Shown in pieces: positions 23,851 through 36,956 of a stretch of 64,000 nucleotides of DNA. Both the position numbers and the translations under genes were made by a program. Each line of letters begins with the position of its first letter. The stretch's first letter is position 1. This DNA comes from Vitrella brassicaformis CCMP3155 (lineage: Eukaryota > Protista > Chromerida): NCBI GenBank assembly GCA_001179505.1, contig CDMY01000411.1:20723-84722 (forward strand), given 5' to 3'. The notes under the pieces are model-generated. The model ran no database searches. It had not been told where the DNA came from and was given only the letters and a program-made list of their open reading frames with translations.

Positions 23851-25602
23851 ATGTCGAGTTCATCGTGCGGGCAGCCGCTGCCTCCGTCCTTCATGGACCT
23901 GGTAGAGTTGAAGCTCAGGGAGGAGGGTAAGTGCATACACGACGAGGGCTCCCTACAGCTCGACGCCGTGTCGCTCGCCCACGGCTTCACGTCGAAGGAC
24001 GCCGAGTTCCTGCAGGAGATGTCTCAGATGAACTCGATGTCGCTGCGCATGTGCCGCATAAAAAAGGTGGGTGCCGAACATGGGAAAATCAACGTACATA
24101 GATCTGTGGTGCGCTGTTGCTGGTACTTGCGTGTTGGTGTGGATCTGTCAGATGGACAACTTCGTGGTGCCAAAGGAGCTGGTGTCCCTGGCCATGGTGG
24201 ACAATCGCATCAAGGTTCGCTGGTTCGTACAGGGATGCCTGCATCCGGAGGTTGCATGAATCTGATCTGTCAGGGAGGCCTGGAGGTGCTCAGCACGAAC
24301 AAGAACAGCAAGCTGGTGCAGCTCAACCTAGCAGGCAACCCCATCGACAGCATCGACGCGCTCAAGCCACTCGTGAGACCCCGACAGATCGCTCATATTC
24401 ATCACCTGGTATTTGCCTCACGCCTGTGTTGATTTGATGTGTCATCCCCTCAGAAGAAGCTCAAGCACCTCAAGTCACTCGATTTGACCCTGACGCCCCT
24501 GATGGAAGCCGACTCCTCCAGCAACACAGAAGGCAACCGCACCGCCATCCTCAAGATGCTCCCAAAGCTGAAGGCAAGCAACAAACTACCACTGGCCAGC
24601 GCTTCTCTCTGTCTGTCCATTGTTGTTCGTGCAGGTGTTGAACGGCCTCGACCGCGATAGCCGTGACGTGGTAGACCGTGGCGAGAACCGTTACGACGCC
24701 GACGAGGGCATGGCCGATGATTTGGAGGCCGAGCCGATGGATGGGGGCGAGGGAGGCGAGGGCGGCGGCAACGGAGAAGGCGATGGGGGAAACGGCCAAC
24801 AGGGCGGACAAGACCAGCAGCAGCAGGGGCAGGGCCAGCAACAGCAAGACGGTAGGCATGGATGCACGGACGGACACCTCCTCGACGCATGGATGTGTCA
24901 CACCCCTGCATGTCTGAATACACGCACTCAGGTGGTGGCGACGGTGGTGCGGGTGGCGGTGGCGCGTCTGGTGGTGATGGTGGTGATGGTGGGCATGGTG
25001 GTGATGGTGGTGGTGACGGTGACGACAATGAGGGTGACGGTGACGGTGACGAAGAAGATGAAGACGGGGACGATGGCGACCGCGTAGACCTCAAAGCCTT
25101 CTATGAGGGGGTCAGGCACACCGTACCACACCACACCATACGACAAAATGAAGCATAGAATGGTGTACGGTGCGTCTGTATTTCAGCAAATACCTGACGA
25201 CGAGGAAGACGAGGACGAATTCCAGCCGGGGGATGACGAAGCTGACGAAGACCTACCCGGTATGCCAAGCCTCCACGTGCACGTGCCGTGCTCCTGCCGT
25301 GGGTTGTTCGCCCTCATGGACCGATGGATGGATTTGTGCAGATGACATCGACGACGAGGAGGACGAGCAAGAGGAGGACGGCGGAGGGGACAAGGACGGC
25401 GATACCGCCGGCCGAGGTGCAGACACAGTCACTAGTGAATGACCGGGCGCATCGGTGCGTCTGTCACGTTGGTATGAATGGGGGATGCGTGTTTGCTTGT
25501 TTGTTTGTTGGTTTGCTGGTTTGTTCAGGTGTGAAGCGTGCGGCAGAGGGTGCGGATGAGGACGGCGAGGATCGCCCCGCCAAAGCCGCCAAGTGCGAGT
25601 AG
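23851..25602 (+). CDS. ANP32: Acidic leucine-rich nuclear phosphoprotein 32-like (LRR + LRRcap + acidic tail)
   Basis: LVSLAMVDNRIK|GGLEVL...LVQLNLAGNPIDSIDALKPL|KKLKHLKSLDL...RTAILKMLPKLK|VLNGLDRD, then an Asp/Glu/Gly-rich tail ending KRAAE...RPAKAAKCE. GC-AG intron at 24574-24634. Confidence 0.85.
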
Positions 25603-26539
25603 ACGACAAGACACACAGACACTAGACCAGCGTAGAATACCATAACCATGATATCCAGCACTTACACGTGCTGCCGATGGTGGGATGGGATGGGGCGGGT
25701 GGCTGGGTGTGCTGTAGCATACATATGGCAGGCAGACCGTTTTATGACATATGGATGGATGGATGGATGATGCATGAATGGCTGGTCGGTAGGTAGTGGG
25801 TGTCCGCCTCCTCTTCCTTCATGTCTGCCTGTCTGTCTGTCTGTCTGTCCGTCCGTGATGCGTCTGCATGATCCGTGACCCTCTCCACCTCTTCTCTGGA
25901 CGTTGCGTGTGTCTGTCGCTCTTTCTTTCTTTCTTTCTTTCTTTTGTTCTAGCTGTGTCAGTGTCTGTCGGTCGGTCGGTTTGTTTGTATCTCTGGAGTG
26001 CCCACTTCTATCTTGCCGAATGACTGACTCAGTGAGTGCCATAGTAGCCGCCGGAGATGGACACTGTCGGAAGACGCACGAGACCTGCTGGATGAAAGAT
26101 TCATTATGGTGTTTTCATGCACAACCTGGGCGCAAATGCGCGTACCAGCCATCCCCCAACGCACCTGCAAGAAGAGCCTTCAGAAGCGATCCGCAGCGCC
26201 TCTTAGATCGCGCCATCCCTTGTGGTCCACCGCTGCTGCCTTGTGATCCCTGGCTTTCGGCGTCCTTCGCAATTGAATCGCTCATCTGCCTTCCTGGTAT
26301 GCGTGTGTTCGCGTGAGGATTCATGCGTTGTCGATGTGTCGTTGTTGTGTGTGGTGGCTGTGGCAGGTTGATTTTCGCACCTCTTATCGTGTCGCTTTTC
26401 GTTGGGCTTTCCCGCGTGACGTCATTCATTCAATCATTCTCAAGTCCCCGCGCTTGACTCAACCTGAGCTGATCTAGACCATCACCATCGAAATGGTCTG
26501 AGCAGAACACAAGACAACCGACTACAGCCTCATCGAACC

Positions 26540-27880
26540 ATGTGGCCGTACACGAGGAGCCCACTCAATGGGCCGTCCCAGATGCCCGAGAGGAAGTCCT
26601 GGTTTACCACCGCCCGTCCCGTCAGCGCCCACCGCAATGTGCAGCGCCGGTGGGCACGGCGCTTCCTCCGCCTCCTCGCCCTCATCGGCTTCGTCACCGC
26701 TGCCGTCTGGTATCTTGCCCAACTCTTCGCGGCCGACAGCCCTGCTGGGTTGGGGGACGTCCACTTGGTCATGATGTCCACGAAAAATTACTGGCTGAAG
26801 GACTTGCGTGGCTACCTCCACGGCATCATGCAGCGCCACCTCGCCCGCCAGCGCGGCTTCGTCGTCCACATCATCGGCAATGATCACGCAGCTCCGGCAG
26901 GGGCGCTGGCCGGCCCGCCAAATACACGGCGCGCTGCGCTGCTGCGGGCACAGCTGCGCGAGCGCAAATGTCTTGACTTCGTGGCGCTGGCGGCTTCGAA
27001 GTTGGCGTCGGGGGCGTTCTCGAACGACTCCATCATCCTGCTGATGGACTCCTCGGACACACTGGTGCAGGCAACGGCCGCGGAGGCGGCGGCGCGGTTT
27101 CGGTGGATGGTGCTCGAGGGACAGAACAAGTAGGAGGCTTACTGGGCAGAGCGGATTGAGGCCGCAACAACGCCGCGCGAGCAGCTGCGGGTAAGGCGGG
27201 ACGCCATGAAGTCGCGGGAGCAGCAGCGCAACGACCTTCAGCTCATCGTGGGAATGGAGCCGGCGTGTGCCCCCTCCGTGTGCCACGAGGTCGATGCCAC
27301 ACTTGTTGATGCCATGATGGGAATGTCGGCCGGCAAGAGACGCAAGTGGTACTCTCAGATGGTGGCCACCCGCGAGACCTTCCCTCTCCGCCCACGCCCC
27401 TTCGTGAACGCCGGCTGCCTCGCCGGCACTACCGCCACCCTTATGGATGTGTGCCAGCAGTTGCCGCCGCTTATGCACCGGCACGAAGACAGCAGCGACC
27501 AGAAGGCGCTCGGACGTCTGCTGGCAGACACCACCCTCCCGTACGCCCACTCGGCCGTCCTCGATGTCAACGCGCACGTATGTACGAAGCGATGTGTCTG
27601 GTGTGGCGGCTGCCCGATTTTTCGTGTGTTGTTGTGTGAATCCCCCTAGTTCTGCTACAATTTCGTCGATGCACAGGCGGGTGAGCTCGTGCCGTGGATT
27701 CGGCGAGTGTTCATGTGGGAGCCACGGCGGCGACTGTTCGTCTTTCAAGAGCAGCTGCTTTCTGCCCAGCGCGGCGAGGCGGCGGCCTTTCCGATTGTGT
27801 TTCACTTTCCCAACTTTTCCTGGTGGCGGAAAGGGGCGCTTTACACGCAGCTGGTGCCGTACCTCCTTGGGGGGCCGTAA
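26540..27880 (+). pseudogene. Type II membrane PLOD-type (LH3 GT-domain-like) glycosyltransferase interrupted by an in-frame TAG
   Basis: TM, then IILLMDSSDTLVQ...LIVGMEPACAP...PFVNAGCLAG...SSDQKAL...VLDVN|...IVFHF. ORFs 26540-27133 and 27206-27649 are in the same frame, separated by TAG 27131-27133. One intron ~27580-27675. Confidence 0.6.
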
Positions 27881-29025
27881 TGCAGCGTCCGCGGCTCAAA
27901 CGTTGGCGACAAGATCTGAAGGCATCGAGATGTACAGCTAGAATGGAGGCTGACGTGGTACAGCTGAAGGCAACACGTGTCAGTCGGATCTAGAGGATGC
28001 CATTCAGACAGTGACCCCCCTGACTGCGGTGACACTTCCGCCAACGAGTGCAGAGATGGAAGGTCAGAGTGGGGCGAACACATTCACTGTGTCTCGCATC
28101 ACATGTATGTATGCAGGTTGTTAAGGTAATGACCAGACCTCTACTGACGGCAACGAGTGCTGCACCCGCTTTTCAACGAAAAGCAGCAGTGGCACATGTG
28201 AAGAATGCGGCAGTGGAAAAAGGGAATGTACCGCAACGCCGTCGTGCCACTTTGTGAGGAAAAGACGAGAACATCTCATGTGCTCATTCACGCGACGCAA
28301 TTGAGCTCCCTCCCTGGCTTCATTTCGTGCAGGCTCGCCGGTACGACATCAGATCTCACTTTGAGCGCTGCGCCATTGCATTCGGCGAAGGCGGTGTCTG
28401 TGACGCTGATAGGAGTCTATTTGGATTGCCGAGACGGTATCGACTCCGCTGTCCCTTTGGACATCCTGTGGCGATGGCGGCTTGTGCGTGGCTTCTGTAT
28501 CTGCGCCTGGTGGTGACGAAGACTGTGAACCAGCCTTGGGCGTCCGACGATGCAGAAGGGCTTATGGCAGAGAAAGACTGGAGTTTTCGTAGGACGTGCC
28601 AAAAGTAGTGCAACGGGCAATTAGGAAAGAGGAAAGGTCTGTCTATTTGTCTGTCTTCTGCCTGTCTTGAGTGGGCGTCTGTCTGGAAGGGGAAGCGATG
28701 ATGCGAAGGGACGTCACCGGGTTGATTCCACCAAGACACAACACTCGCCCGACAAAAATCCTACTGTCATTGATGTACCCACAACACATTGCGTAAGCCA
28801 TTCATGTCTCTGTCAAGCGCACAATTCGACCACCGTAAGAAGGCTAGGACACAGAGGGGCGTGGAATCGGTCGATCGGAGTGTGATCGTGCGTGGCCAGT
28901 GTAGATGAATCGGACTCGGCTCAAAGAGGAGGCCAAGGCCACCAGTAACCAACATCGCTAGGGTGTAGCATAAAACGCTCGTCCTACTCCATAACCTGAG
29001 CTCCTCCATCGCACGCACTCACCCC

Positions 29026-32000
29026 ATGGATCCCTCCTCCTCGCGCAGACAGCCCACGTCGATGGATGACGTGTACGGCGCCTTTGGTTGCGACGACCCA
29101 TCGCAGCTGCAGGAGATGTTCGGCACGTTCGATGACAAGGTGCGCTTGTTTGCCTATACATGAAGCTGGCATGGCAGATCTGTGCATGAATGCGCTCGGA
29201 CATGAGTGCATGTGTCCGTATATGTGTTTGGTGTCAACAGCCGCACGAGCAGGCGATGGTGGCGTATTGGCAGCGTGGCATGGAGAGCGTGGTCAAATAC
29301 AAGTACGCAGACGACTCTTGAAGACTCATGTCACACCTGGGTGTGTCTTGGTGCTTTTCCCAGGTCCTCTCTGGCAATATCTGCCAAGCAGCTGGTGCAG
29401 ATGTTCAAACAGCACAGAGAGAAGTTCCCCATCGTGCCACAGGGTAAGCAGACATCTGCAGGCACATGTGTGCATCAGGGCGCATGCGTATGCCCACCAT
29501 CCACCGCCAGGCCTACCGGCTCTCTTGGCGCGCCTCTGTCGAGACAAGAGCATCGTACCCATGTCAACCGTCCTGCCCGAATCGGTTCTCAAACATGCAC
29601 GACACATTCATTCTTTCATTCATTCATTCATTCATGAGATCGCCATTGATGCGCAATACGTGTATGTGCAGCAGCCCAAGCACTGGCAGGCGGCAGATGC
29701 GGCGCCCCAGCCGTCTTTGATGCGCTCGATCGCTGGTATGCGGACATCTATACACGCAGAGGGGAGGGAGGGAGGGATGACGTGCGTACTCTTACCAGGT
29801 GTGACGAGTCACGTTGTCTTCGGAGGTCTTGGCGTTATCACCGCTGCTGCTTCATACGTGGTACGCATGGGCACAGGTGCCATTGACATCTGCACGTATG
29901 TATTTTGTACTGTATACTGTTTCATGCGTACAGAGTGGCCATACGAGCCGGGATAGCCGTGTCACGATGGACGAAAGTGAGCGGATGGTGGTCATCAGTG
30001 TGCTTGAGGTATATATGCACGTCGTAATTCATGAGTAGCAGAGAGAGAGATTGGGCACGTACTGTCCATTATGTATGCGTGTATCTGTCTTGTGCGCAGG
30101 AGCTTGCTCAGGCGCTCGAAGCAGACCTACTCGCCTCCACGGTAGGCAACGCGCCCATCCATACGCACAAAAATATGATGCGCGTATGTGCTGTGTTGTG
30201 TTGTGGCGCACAGGACCGTTGCTGCGAGTGGTCGGACTCTTTGCTGACAGACGGCGAGGGCAAGGCCATCCTGCTGTCACGAGACGACATACGCAAGTTC
30301 CTCACACACCGTGTATGGATGTCTATGTATACATGAATGTGTCACACACGAGTGGATGTATGTGTATGTGTATGTGTGTGCACAGGGAGTGGGCAGCGAT
30401 CGTCAGAACAGCACGTGCACCATGGCCGAGCATGTGGAGATCTTCGTGTGGTACCTCGTCAACTACAAGTATGCACCACGCCGCGCCCGTCACGAGTCGC
30501 CATCCATACGTGAATGAACGAATGAACGCATGCATGCATGTGGATGAATGCGTACGTTTGCAGGAGCAGCCTTGCTGTGCGTGTCAGTGCTGGACAGGGA
30601 GCCGTCATAGATGTGAGCACATGAAACTTCACAGATGCACGCGCATTTGTGCACAGGTTCTGTGTGTGGTCAGGCTGTCAAAGTCGCCCTGCACACAAGC
30701 TCAGACAAGCACCAAGTGAGCCGACAAAAAAAGAGCCATGAGGGAGGGATGTCATATGACATGTGCACCTTCACTCGTGCAGACAGCAACACTGTCGCTG
30801 AGTGACCACGACCGTGCTCTCCTGATCGAGCGATACGTCGAGGACAAGCTCAAAAAGAGAGAGAAGAACCTGCTCAACAAGTATTGCCTTCACAACGATA
30901 TTATCACATGATCTGCACACAACCGGGCATGTCGCATGTATATGGTTGCATTGTGGGTGTCAGGTGGACTGAGGTGGACGCCAACTGCCGCAGGCTGCTC
31001 AAATATGACAAGCAGCGTACGCAATGCTTCCATATGTATCTGCTTACACACATGCGGCACGTGCGCGTGTATGAGTGTCATGCAGTGGCCCTGGTCGAGT
31101 TGAAGCGTCGCAACATGATCGCAGCGGAGCTGACCAAAATCAAAAACCAGCTGCTCACCGTACCCCTCCCACACCTCACACACATACATACACACACACA
31201 TACATACATACAATCACATCGCACTTTCGTGGCGCGTGCACATGTGCAGCATTGCACTGCTGTTGCTTGTGTATGTGTGTATGTGTGCAGGTGTCTCAGT
31301 GCATGCTGCAGCGTGATGCAGCCGTGTCACTCAGCACGGTGACGGCCATGCTGGAGACGACCACACAAGCCACAGCAAGCACCATGTGAGTGACTGCGAC
31401 GTACGTATGGGTGTCACCATTTAGTCGCCTGTGTGTATATCTGTCTGTTTGCTCCATATTCCAGTGACCGCGATCGCGTCCTGACTGCCATGGACAACGC
31501 TGCAGATGTACAGGTATGCACGTACGTGTCTGTCGATCTGCGCCTTTCACCTGTGTCGACGCCTCACCACACACAGGACGATTTGGCTGAGGTGAGTGCG
31601 GCTTTCTCGGCAGGCACCGACGCACGGCTCGCAGCTGCTGGGGTGAGTGAGTCAGAGATGCGTGCATGCATGCACACATCCATCCATCGTTCCCATGTGT
31701 CCGTGTGTGGACGTCCTTGTAGGCGACTGACGATGCGCTCGAGTCACAGTATGCCGAGCTGCTCGCCGAGCTATCCATTCAAGACAAAGACAAGGCCGCG
31801 CAAAAGCAGGAAGCGCCAGACAACAAGCAGCAGAGGTACGTCTCGTCTATACCATGTATGCCCATGAGCCTGTCTATGTGTTGAGCAGGGTGGAGCAGCT
31901 GTTGAACGACCTGCCAGCAGTCCCAAACGGTCCGCTCCCTTCACCAGACAAAAAAGAGGCGGCACGTGGGGAGGCGGCTGGTGCTCGTGTGGCCCAGTGA
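29026..32000 (+). CDS. CHMP7: CHMP7-like ESCRT-III protein (N-terminal winged-helix region + Snf7 region), about 18 exons
   Basis: Exons MDPSS...QEMFGTFDDK|AMVAYWQRGMESV..|GLPALLARL..|..LIERYVEDKLKKREKNLLN|WTEVDANCRRLLK..|ALVELKRRNMIAAELTKIKNQLLT|..DRVLTAMDNAADVQ|..DDALESQYAELLAEL..|VEQLLNDLPAVP: a Snf7-type coiled coil with the LP.VP end motif. Confidence 0.7.
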
Positions 32001-32202
32001 CACGCTCTGTGCATGCGGCTTTGTACAGTGAGTGTGCATGCGTGTCAAAGGACACTTGTGTATGATACTCACGGCATCAATTCCGAAGAATGTACGCAAC
32101 GAATGGTGAATCATTTTTGTGTCGGCAATCGACGGACGCATGCAAGACAAAGAGGAGAGCGACAACACTACATATATATATTCGCTCATGCGTCCCTTTT
32201 AG

Positions 32203-35092
32203 CTAGCCCCGGCTCGACCGCGCCTTCTTTTGAGGGCCTGCATGAACAACAGAATAACGAGCAACGGCATCGATAGCAAATGTGTGTCTGCAGTGCTCTG
32301 GAGCCCTGTGCACTTACTGACCCCAGAAGGGTTGAGGATTGGGCATCCACCTGGGCTGTGCCTGCGATGACGCATCCCTGTCCTCGCGTATGCACGAGCC
32401 CATCAGTGTGCTGACGTCCTTGTGCAGAGAGAAGTCGATGCCCTCCGTCCTGACAGAGACACCGACAGGGAGCGCCTTGCCGTCAGTGAGGCGTGTTGGT
32501 TTGCTCTCGCTTACATGATGTCCTTTTGGAGCAGAGCGTGCTTGGTGTTCTTGGGGGGGTGCTCCTGTGCAGCAGAGGCCAATCAACATATCAAGTCATA
32601 TGTACACACAAGAATGGCCGTTGGTTTATGGCCCGCCCACCCCCCACGCACCTTTGCCCAGGACCGTATGAGATCATGCACCACAGTGGGTGGCGCATCC
32701 GTCTGCAATTGAATGACATCATGACATGACAGACACCCACGTGTGCAATGAATGCCATCTCCCTTGCGCGTGACTCCTCTCAGCTACCTTGATGGCCTGT
32801 GGCTCTCTGTGGAAATGTGACACGCGATACCCGAGATGCAGCAAAGCCGACCTGCTCGTCGCAACCAGCCCATGTTTGTGACGCGGGCGGGCAATGTGTG
32901 AGTTTTCGTCTCTCACTTGAATGCCTTCAGGGGTATAACTTGCAGCTTGATCTTCGCACAGAGGGAAGGCAGATGGTAGAACAGCGGCAAATCAAACCAC
33001 TCCTGCAGAACACAGGGAACCACCGGATGGGTGCGTGTATGCTGTCGACCAGTCCGTCGCTCACCTGTTGGACGGCCCCCAGCATCCCCTTGATGCGTGG
33101 CGTCTGCGTCAGGCCATCCAGTGTGTCACTGTCGTCGGCATCGGCAGCCTTGCACACCTCCAGACACAGAGAGACGAACTCCTGCTCACACTCAAAACCA
33201 AGGGGAGCATTCACCGGCGATCAGGTTTCGCTTCGTCTGGTTTTTGTGATGATTACCTCTTGGTAGAGCGGCCCCATGTACGCCGGCCCTCCAATCGTGT
33301 ACCGGCCGCCACACTCGCCACACGTGCCACCTGCACACGAACGATCGACAGGCAGAGAGTCGCACATTGCACGCCTTGCACTGTCTTTCGCGTGGGTTTC
33401 ACCGATGTGTGTGGGCATGTGTGGCGCTTTGAAGCGGTCGGGGCCCTGCGGATTCTTGCTGGGGACAGTCTCGCCAAGAGGCACGACATGAAAGGTGTCA
33501 CACTGCACACACTGAAAAACCTGGAGAGAGAGATATAGAGAGAGAGAGAGAGACTTACAGCAGCGCATTGTCAGGCTGATTTGATCTCACCAGGCCCGTT
33601 TCCTTGCAGATGTTCTTCGTCTCGGCAGATGAGTTGCGGATTTGGACGAACACCTGCATACGCAAACATATATAGAGACACGTGAATGTCCAGGTTATAT
33701 GCGCCTGCTTACCCGGACGTAAAAGTCGATGCTGAACGATGCGAGCGGCACGACCGACCGCTTGTACCGCCCAGCACTCGTGCGAATCGCATGCAGCACC
33801 AGCCTGTCATCACAGAGAGTGAGAGGAAGGGCATCCTCTCAATCCATCGGATGGGTCGTCGACAGGACGAGAGTCACCTGAGTGCCATCTCGTGGACGTA
33901 TCTGGCCTTGAGTGCCGTGCCGCCATAGCGGGAGAAGGTGACCTCAGGCGTATTGCCCGCCAACACGGGCATGTCGGTCGACGTCACGCACAACATGCCT
34001 GCGCACACGATTCCATAAAGCGAAGGAGGTGTGTGAGGCGGTGGGTGGGGGATCTGACCTCCGTCCTTGACGGCCTGCACGGCGGCATCGAGGAAGGGGG
34101 ATGCCGAGCCGTATGGGTCGATGTCGATGATATCAAGATTGTCGGCACCGTTACCCTTCCCCTGCTGTTGCCCGCGCCTCTTCCACATGTACATCAGCAC
34201 CGACGCATCCTCACACTCAACTGAACACAGAAAGCAAAACGAACGGAGTGTATGTCCAAATGTCCGTCTGTTTCCCGCTTCCTCTCTCCCTTGGCAGGCG
34301 GACCGTGCATTTGGTCTGGTGAGATATTGTTGATGTGTCTGTTGTGTCTGATAGTATCGGCAGCCTTTGGGTCGATGTCGTTCGCAATGACGTGCCGCAC
34401 ACAGTGGGGCAGCTCCAGCAGATAACGGAGGCCCCGCAGTCCACTCGCAGACAGAGGCTCCAGCACCGTCAGCCGGTGCGACTCGGGCACGTCAACCAGA
34501 CCACGAAAAGCTGCAGCTGGTGGCTGTGCGCGGCTGCCGTGGGCATCTCCCGTGCCATTGTGCTGCTCTGTGTCCACTGGCGCTGCAGAGGATTCGTCTT
34601 GAGGTGGAACAGCCGGGCTGGCACCGTCTTGGTCTGGCAAGGGCCCATCACTGCCAACAGCTGTCCAAGCAAAACGCAGACAGAGTGAGACTAATGTTTG
34701 TATGTGTTGGTGCGGGCCTGCCTTTCCGTTTGGTGCCTCTGGTCTTTTTGTTGGCCTTGTTAGCCTGCAGCTGCCTCCACCTCAGCTGATGGTAGGCTTT
34801 GATGCAGATCACAGACAGATCCCTGTTCACCTGCAGACAAATACAGACGACTGACTCACTCATGGTCCACTCAATGACTCATTCACTCATTCATTCATTC
34901 ATTGTGAAGTGATAGTGTCTGCTGTGTGTCTGTGGTCAGATCGTTACTCACCACCTGTGCGGGGTTATAGAAGACCTCGTTGGCTGCGCTGACCTCCACC
35001 TGCGCCTTGCCCTCGTGAATCAGCTTCAGCTTTGGCGAATTGGACGAGCCTGGTGCAGCTGCACCCTGTCCTTCTCCACTGCTTTCCGCCAT
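32203..35092 (-). CDS. TRM1: tRNA (guanine26-N2,N2)-dimethyltransferase
   Basis: IHEGKAQV...VFYNPAQV|VNRDLSV; [15 protein letters not shown]...[10 protein letters not shown]; [26 protein letters not shown]|[14 protein letters not shown]; [15 protein letters not shown]; VFQCVQC; [17 protein letters not shown]; [10 protein letters not shown]. Confidence 0.95.
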
Positions 35093-35142
35093 CTGTGATT
35101 TCCTCGCGGCCTGCTACCCCTGTGAGCCTCCAGACCCCGCAG

Positions 35143-35169
35143 CCTGAACCCTAACCCTGAAACCCTAAC
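35143..35169 (+). promoter_or_regulatory. Telomere-like (AACCCT[A/G]A) x4 cluster in the 133-nt TRM1 / RS-protein bidirectional promoter
   Basis: CCTGAACCCTAACCCTGAAACCCTAAC lies between divergent ATGs at 35092(-) and 35226(+). Confidence 0.55.
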
Positions 35170-35225
35170 ATCCCACGGCCATCTTCTGTGCGAAAGCTGT
35201 TCAAGCTCGGAAATTGCAGGAACGT

Positions 35226-36956
35226 ATGTCGAAGTTCGTGCTGAAGCAAGGTACAAGTAGATGCTGTTTGGACGCTGGTATATTCACCTGCACAAGGACA
35301 TCGAACCTGCATACGAACCTGCACTACAAACTCTGACCGTGTCCGTGCGTGTCCTTTGTATGCAGGTGACGCACCTCGACAGCGAAAGGGAGGATTTACT
35401 GCTGCCGAGCAAGTACAACAACAACAAAACTCTCTCTCTTCTGCACAGACAAACTTCTGTTACCGTATCAACCTGTCAGGCGGCTGCACTGTGGCGCCAA
35501 GAGCTCGAGGCAAAAGAGAAACTCAAGGAAAAAGCATCATCGCAGCGACCAATCGTAAGCACACGGACGTCGCATATACGTGCAGCATGTTCACACCGCT
35601 GTCTGTGAGTCACACCCAGGATGACGGGAAGAGGCGTCGGAAGAAGCGGAAGAAGGCCAAGCGGCGAGACGATGACGATGGCAGCGACCCCGACAGACGC
35701 TCCCGCAAGAAGCGGCACAGGTAGATAGCAGACCCTCCACTGTCACCATTCACTGACAGATGTGCATACGTGTGTGCAGGTCACTGAGCCCATCATCGTC
35801 ATCCTCGAGCAGCGGTGAGTCGCCAAAGCGGCGGCGAAGGGACAAGGCGTCACCACCGACGCAAGATGGCGGAGGCGGGAAGGAGGGAGGCCAGAAGGAC
35901 CAACCGCAGATAGAGAAGTGGGCAGGTAGGTATGTGTGCAGCACGTGCTCGCAGAATGGACTGGTCCATGTGTGCTTTCATTTGTTTGTTCAGAGAGCAT
36001 TCAGCAGCGGAGCCTGCCCGCCAACCCCCTGGCCCGAATGTACCAGGCCACCACAATGAGCCTCGTGCAGCAGCAGCAACACATGTAAGTGCATACCAAC
36101 ACAGTGACACGTATACGCGCTTAGGGTACACTTACACATGTGAGTGCAGGAAGAAGCAGGAGCAGCACGCCGAGAAGAGCCCTCCACGAAAGGTGCACGG
36201 CATTCGTGCGCTTACAACCACAGTGGCCCTTACATGCATGCCCGAACCGGTGCATGTGTGCAGGAAAGGGCATCTCGCCGGTCGTTGTCTCGGTCTCGGT
36301 CCCCTTCGCCGTCTCCCCTTCCGCGAGATCCCGTCAACCCGCTCGATGCGGCGTACGACAGGAAGGCCTATCGCAGGCAAGTGGCAAGTGTGCACCCATC
36401 CAGATAAAGATCCGTCTGTATAGCACATGTATGCACGTGTATCTTCACTATGAATGCGCGTAGGCTGAAGCGCGAGAGGAAGAGGCGCGGATCGCGGTCG
36501 CCGAGTGGCGGGAGGCGCGACCCATACTGGGAACACGACAGGTATGCAGCGATACTCGTGTCGAGTGTGCACATGACATGACACACGTGGGTGGGTGTAG
36601 GTATGTTGAGCGTTCGGAGAGCCCCGAGCGGGAGAGGACGGAGGGGCCGATGTGGGATACCAGGAAGGGATCGTGGGTCAGCAAGGCAGGGGGCGTGTAC
36701 ATCCCGCCAGCCGATGGCCGTGAAGGTGAAGGCGGCGACGACCAAGAGCCAGCAAGATACATGTGGGCACCGCACGCGTCACCACGAAAGACGCGCGTAC
36801 ACACATGGACGTCATCATGTGTGTGTGGTTCTCTCGAGCAGCAGGCGAGCCCACCGTCCCCGCGGTCGTTCTCGTTCTCCCTCTCCCCGTCAGCGTGATA
36901 GCCCCGTGTATTCCCCCTACCAGAAACCCATGGAAGAGCCCAAGTCACCCGACTGA
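35226..36956 (+). CDS. Arg/Ser-rich basic nuclear protein, multi-exon (possible splicing-associated)
   Basis: MSKFVLKQ|GDAPRQRKGGFTAAEQ|AAALWRQELEAKEKLK..|KRRRKKRKKAKRR..|RS/SP repeats..RDPYWEHD|..WDTRKGSWVSKAGGVYIPP..|SPVYSPYQKPMEEPKSPD stop, all with consistent GT-AG junctions. Confidence 0.65.

Noticed and set aside
23291-25094. Minus-strand Pro/Ser/Ala-rich ORFs (23291-23800, 24450-25094)
   Set aside because: Reverse complements of low-complexity coding tails of the PABPN1-like and ANP32-like genes.
25662-26429. Possible small minus-strand gene between ANP32 and the PLOD-type GT
   Set aside because: Splice-like sites exist, but no combination gave a coherent open frame; much of it is microsatellite.
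26522-27805. 427-aa minus-strand ORF
   Set aside because: Antisense shadow of the GC-rich, nearly intronless PLOD-type GT gene; no motifs of its own.
28048-29018. Short ORFs upstream of CHMP7 on both strands
   Set aside because: No recognisable motif or consistent exon chain.
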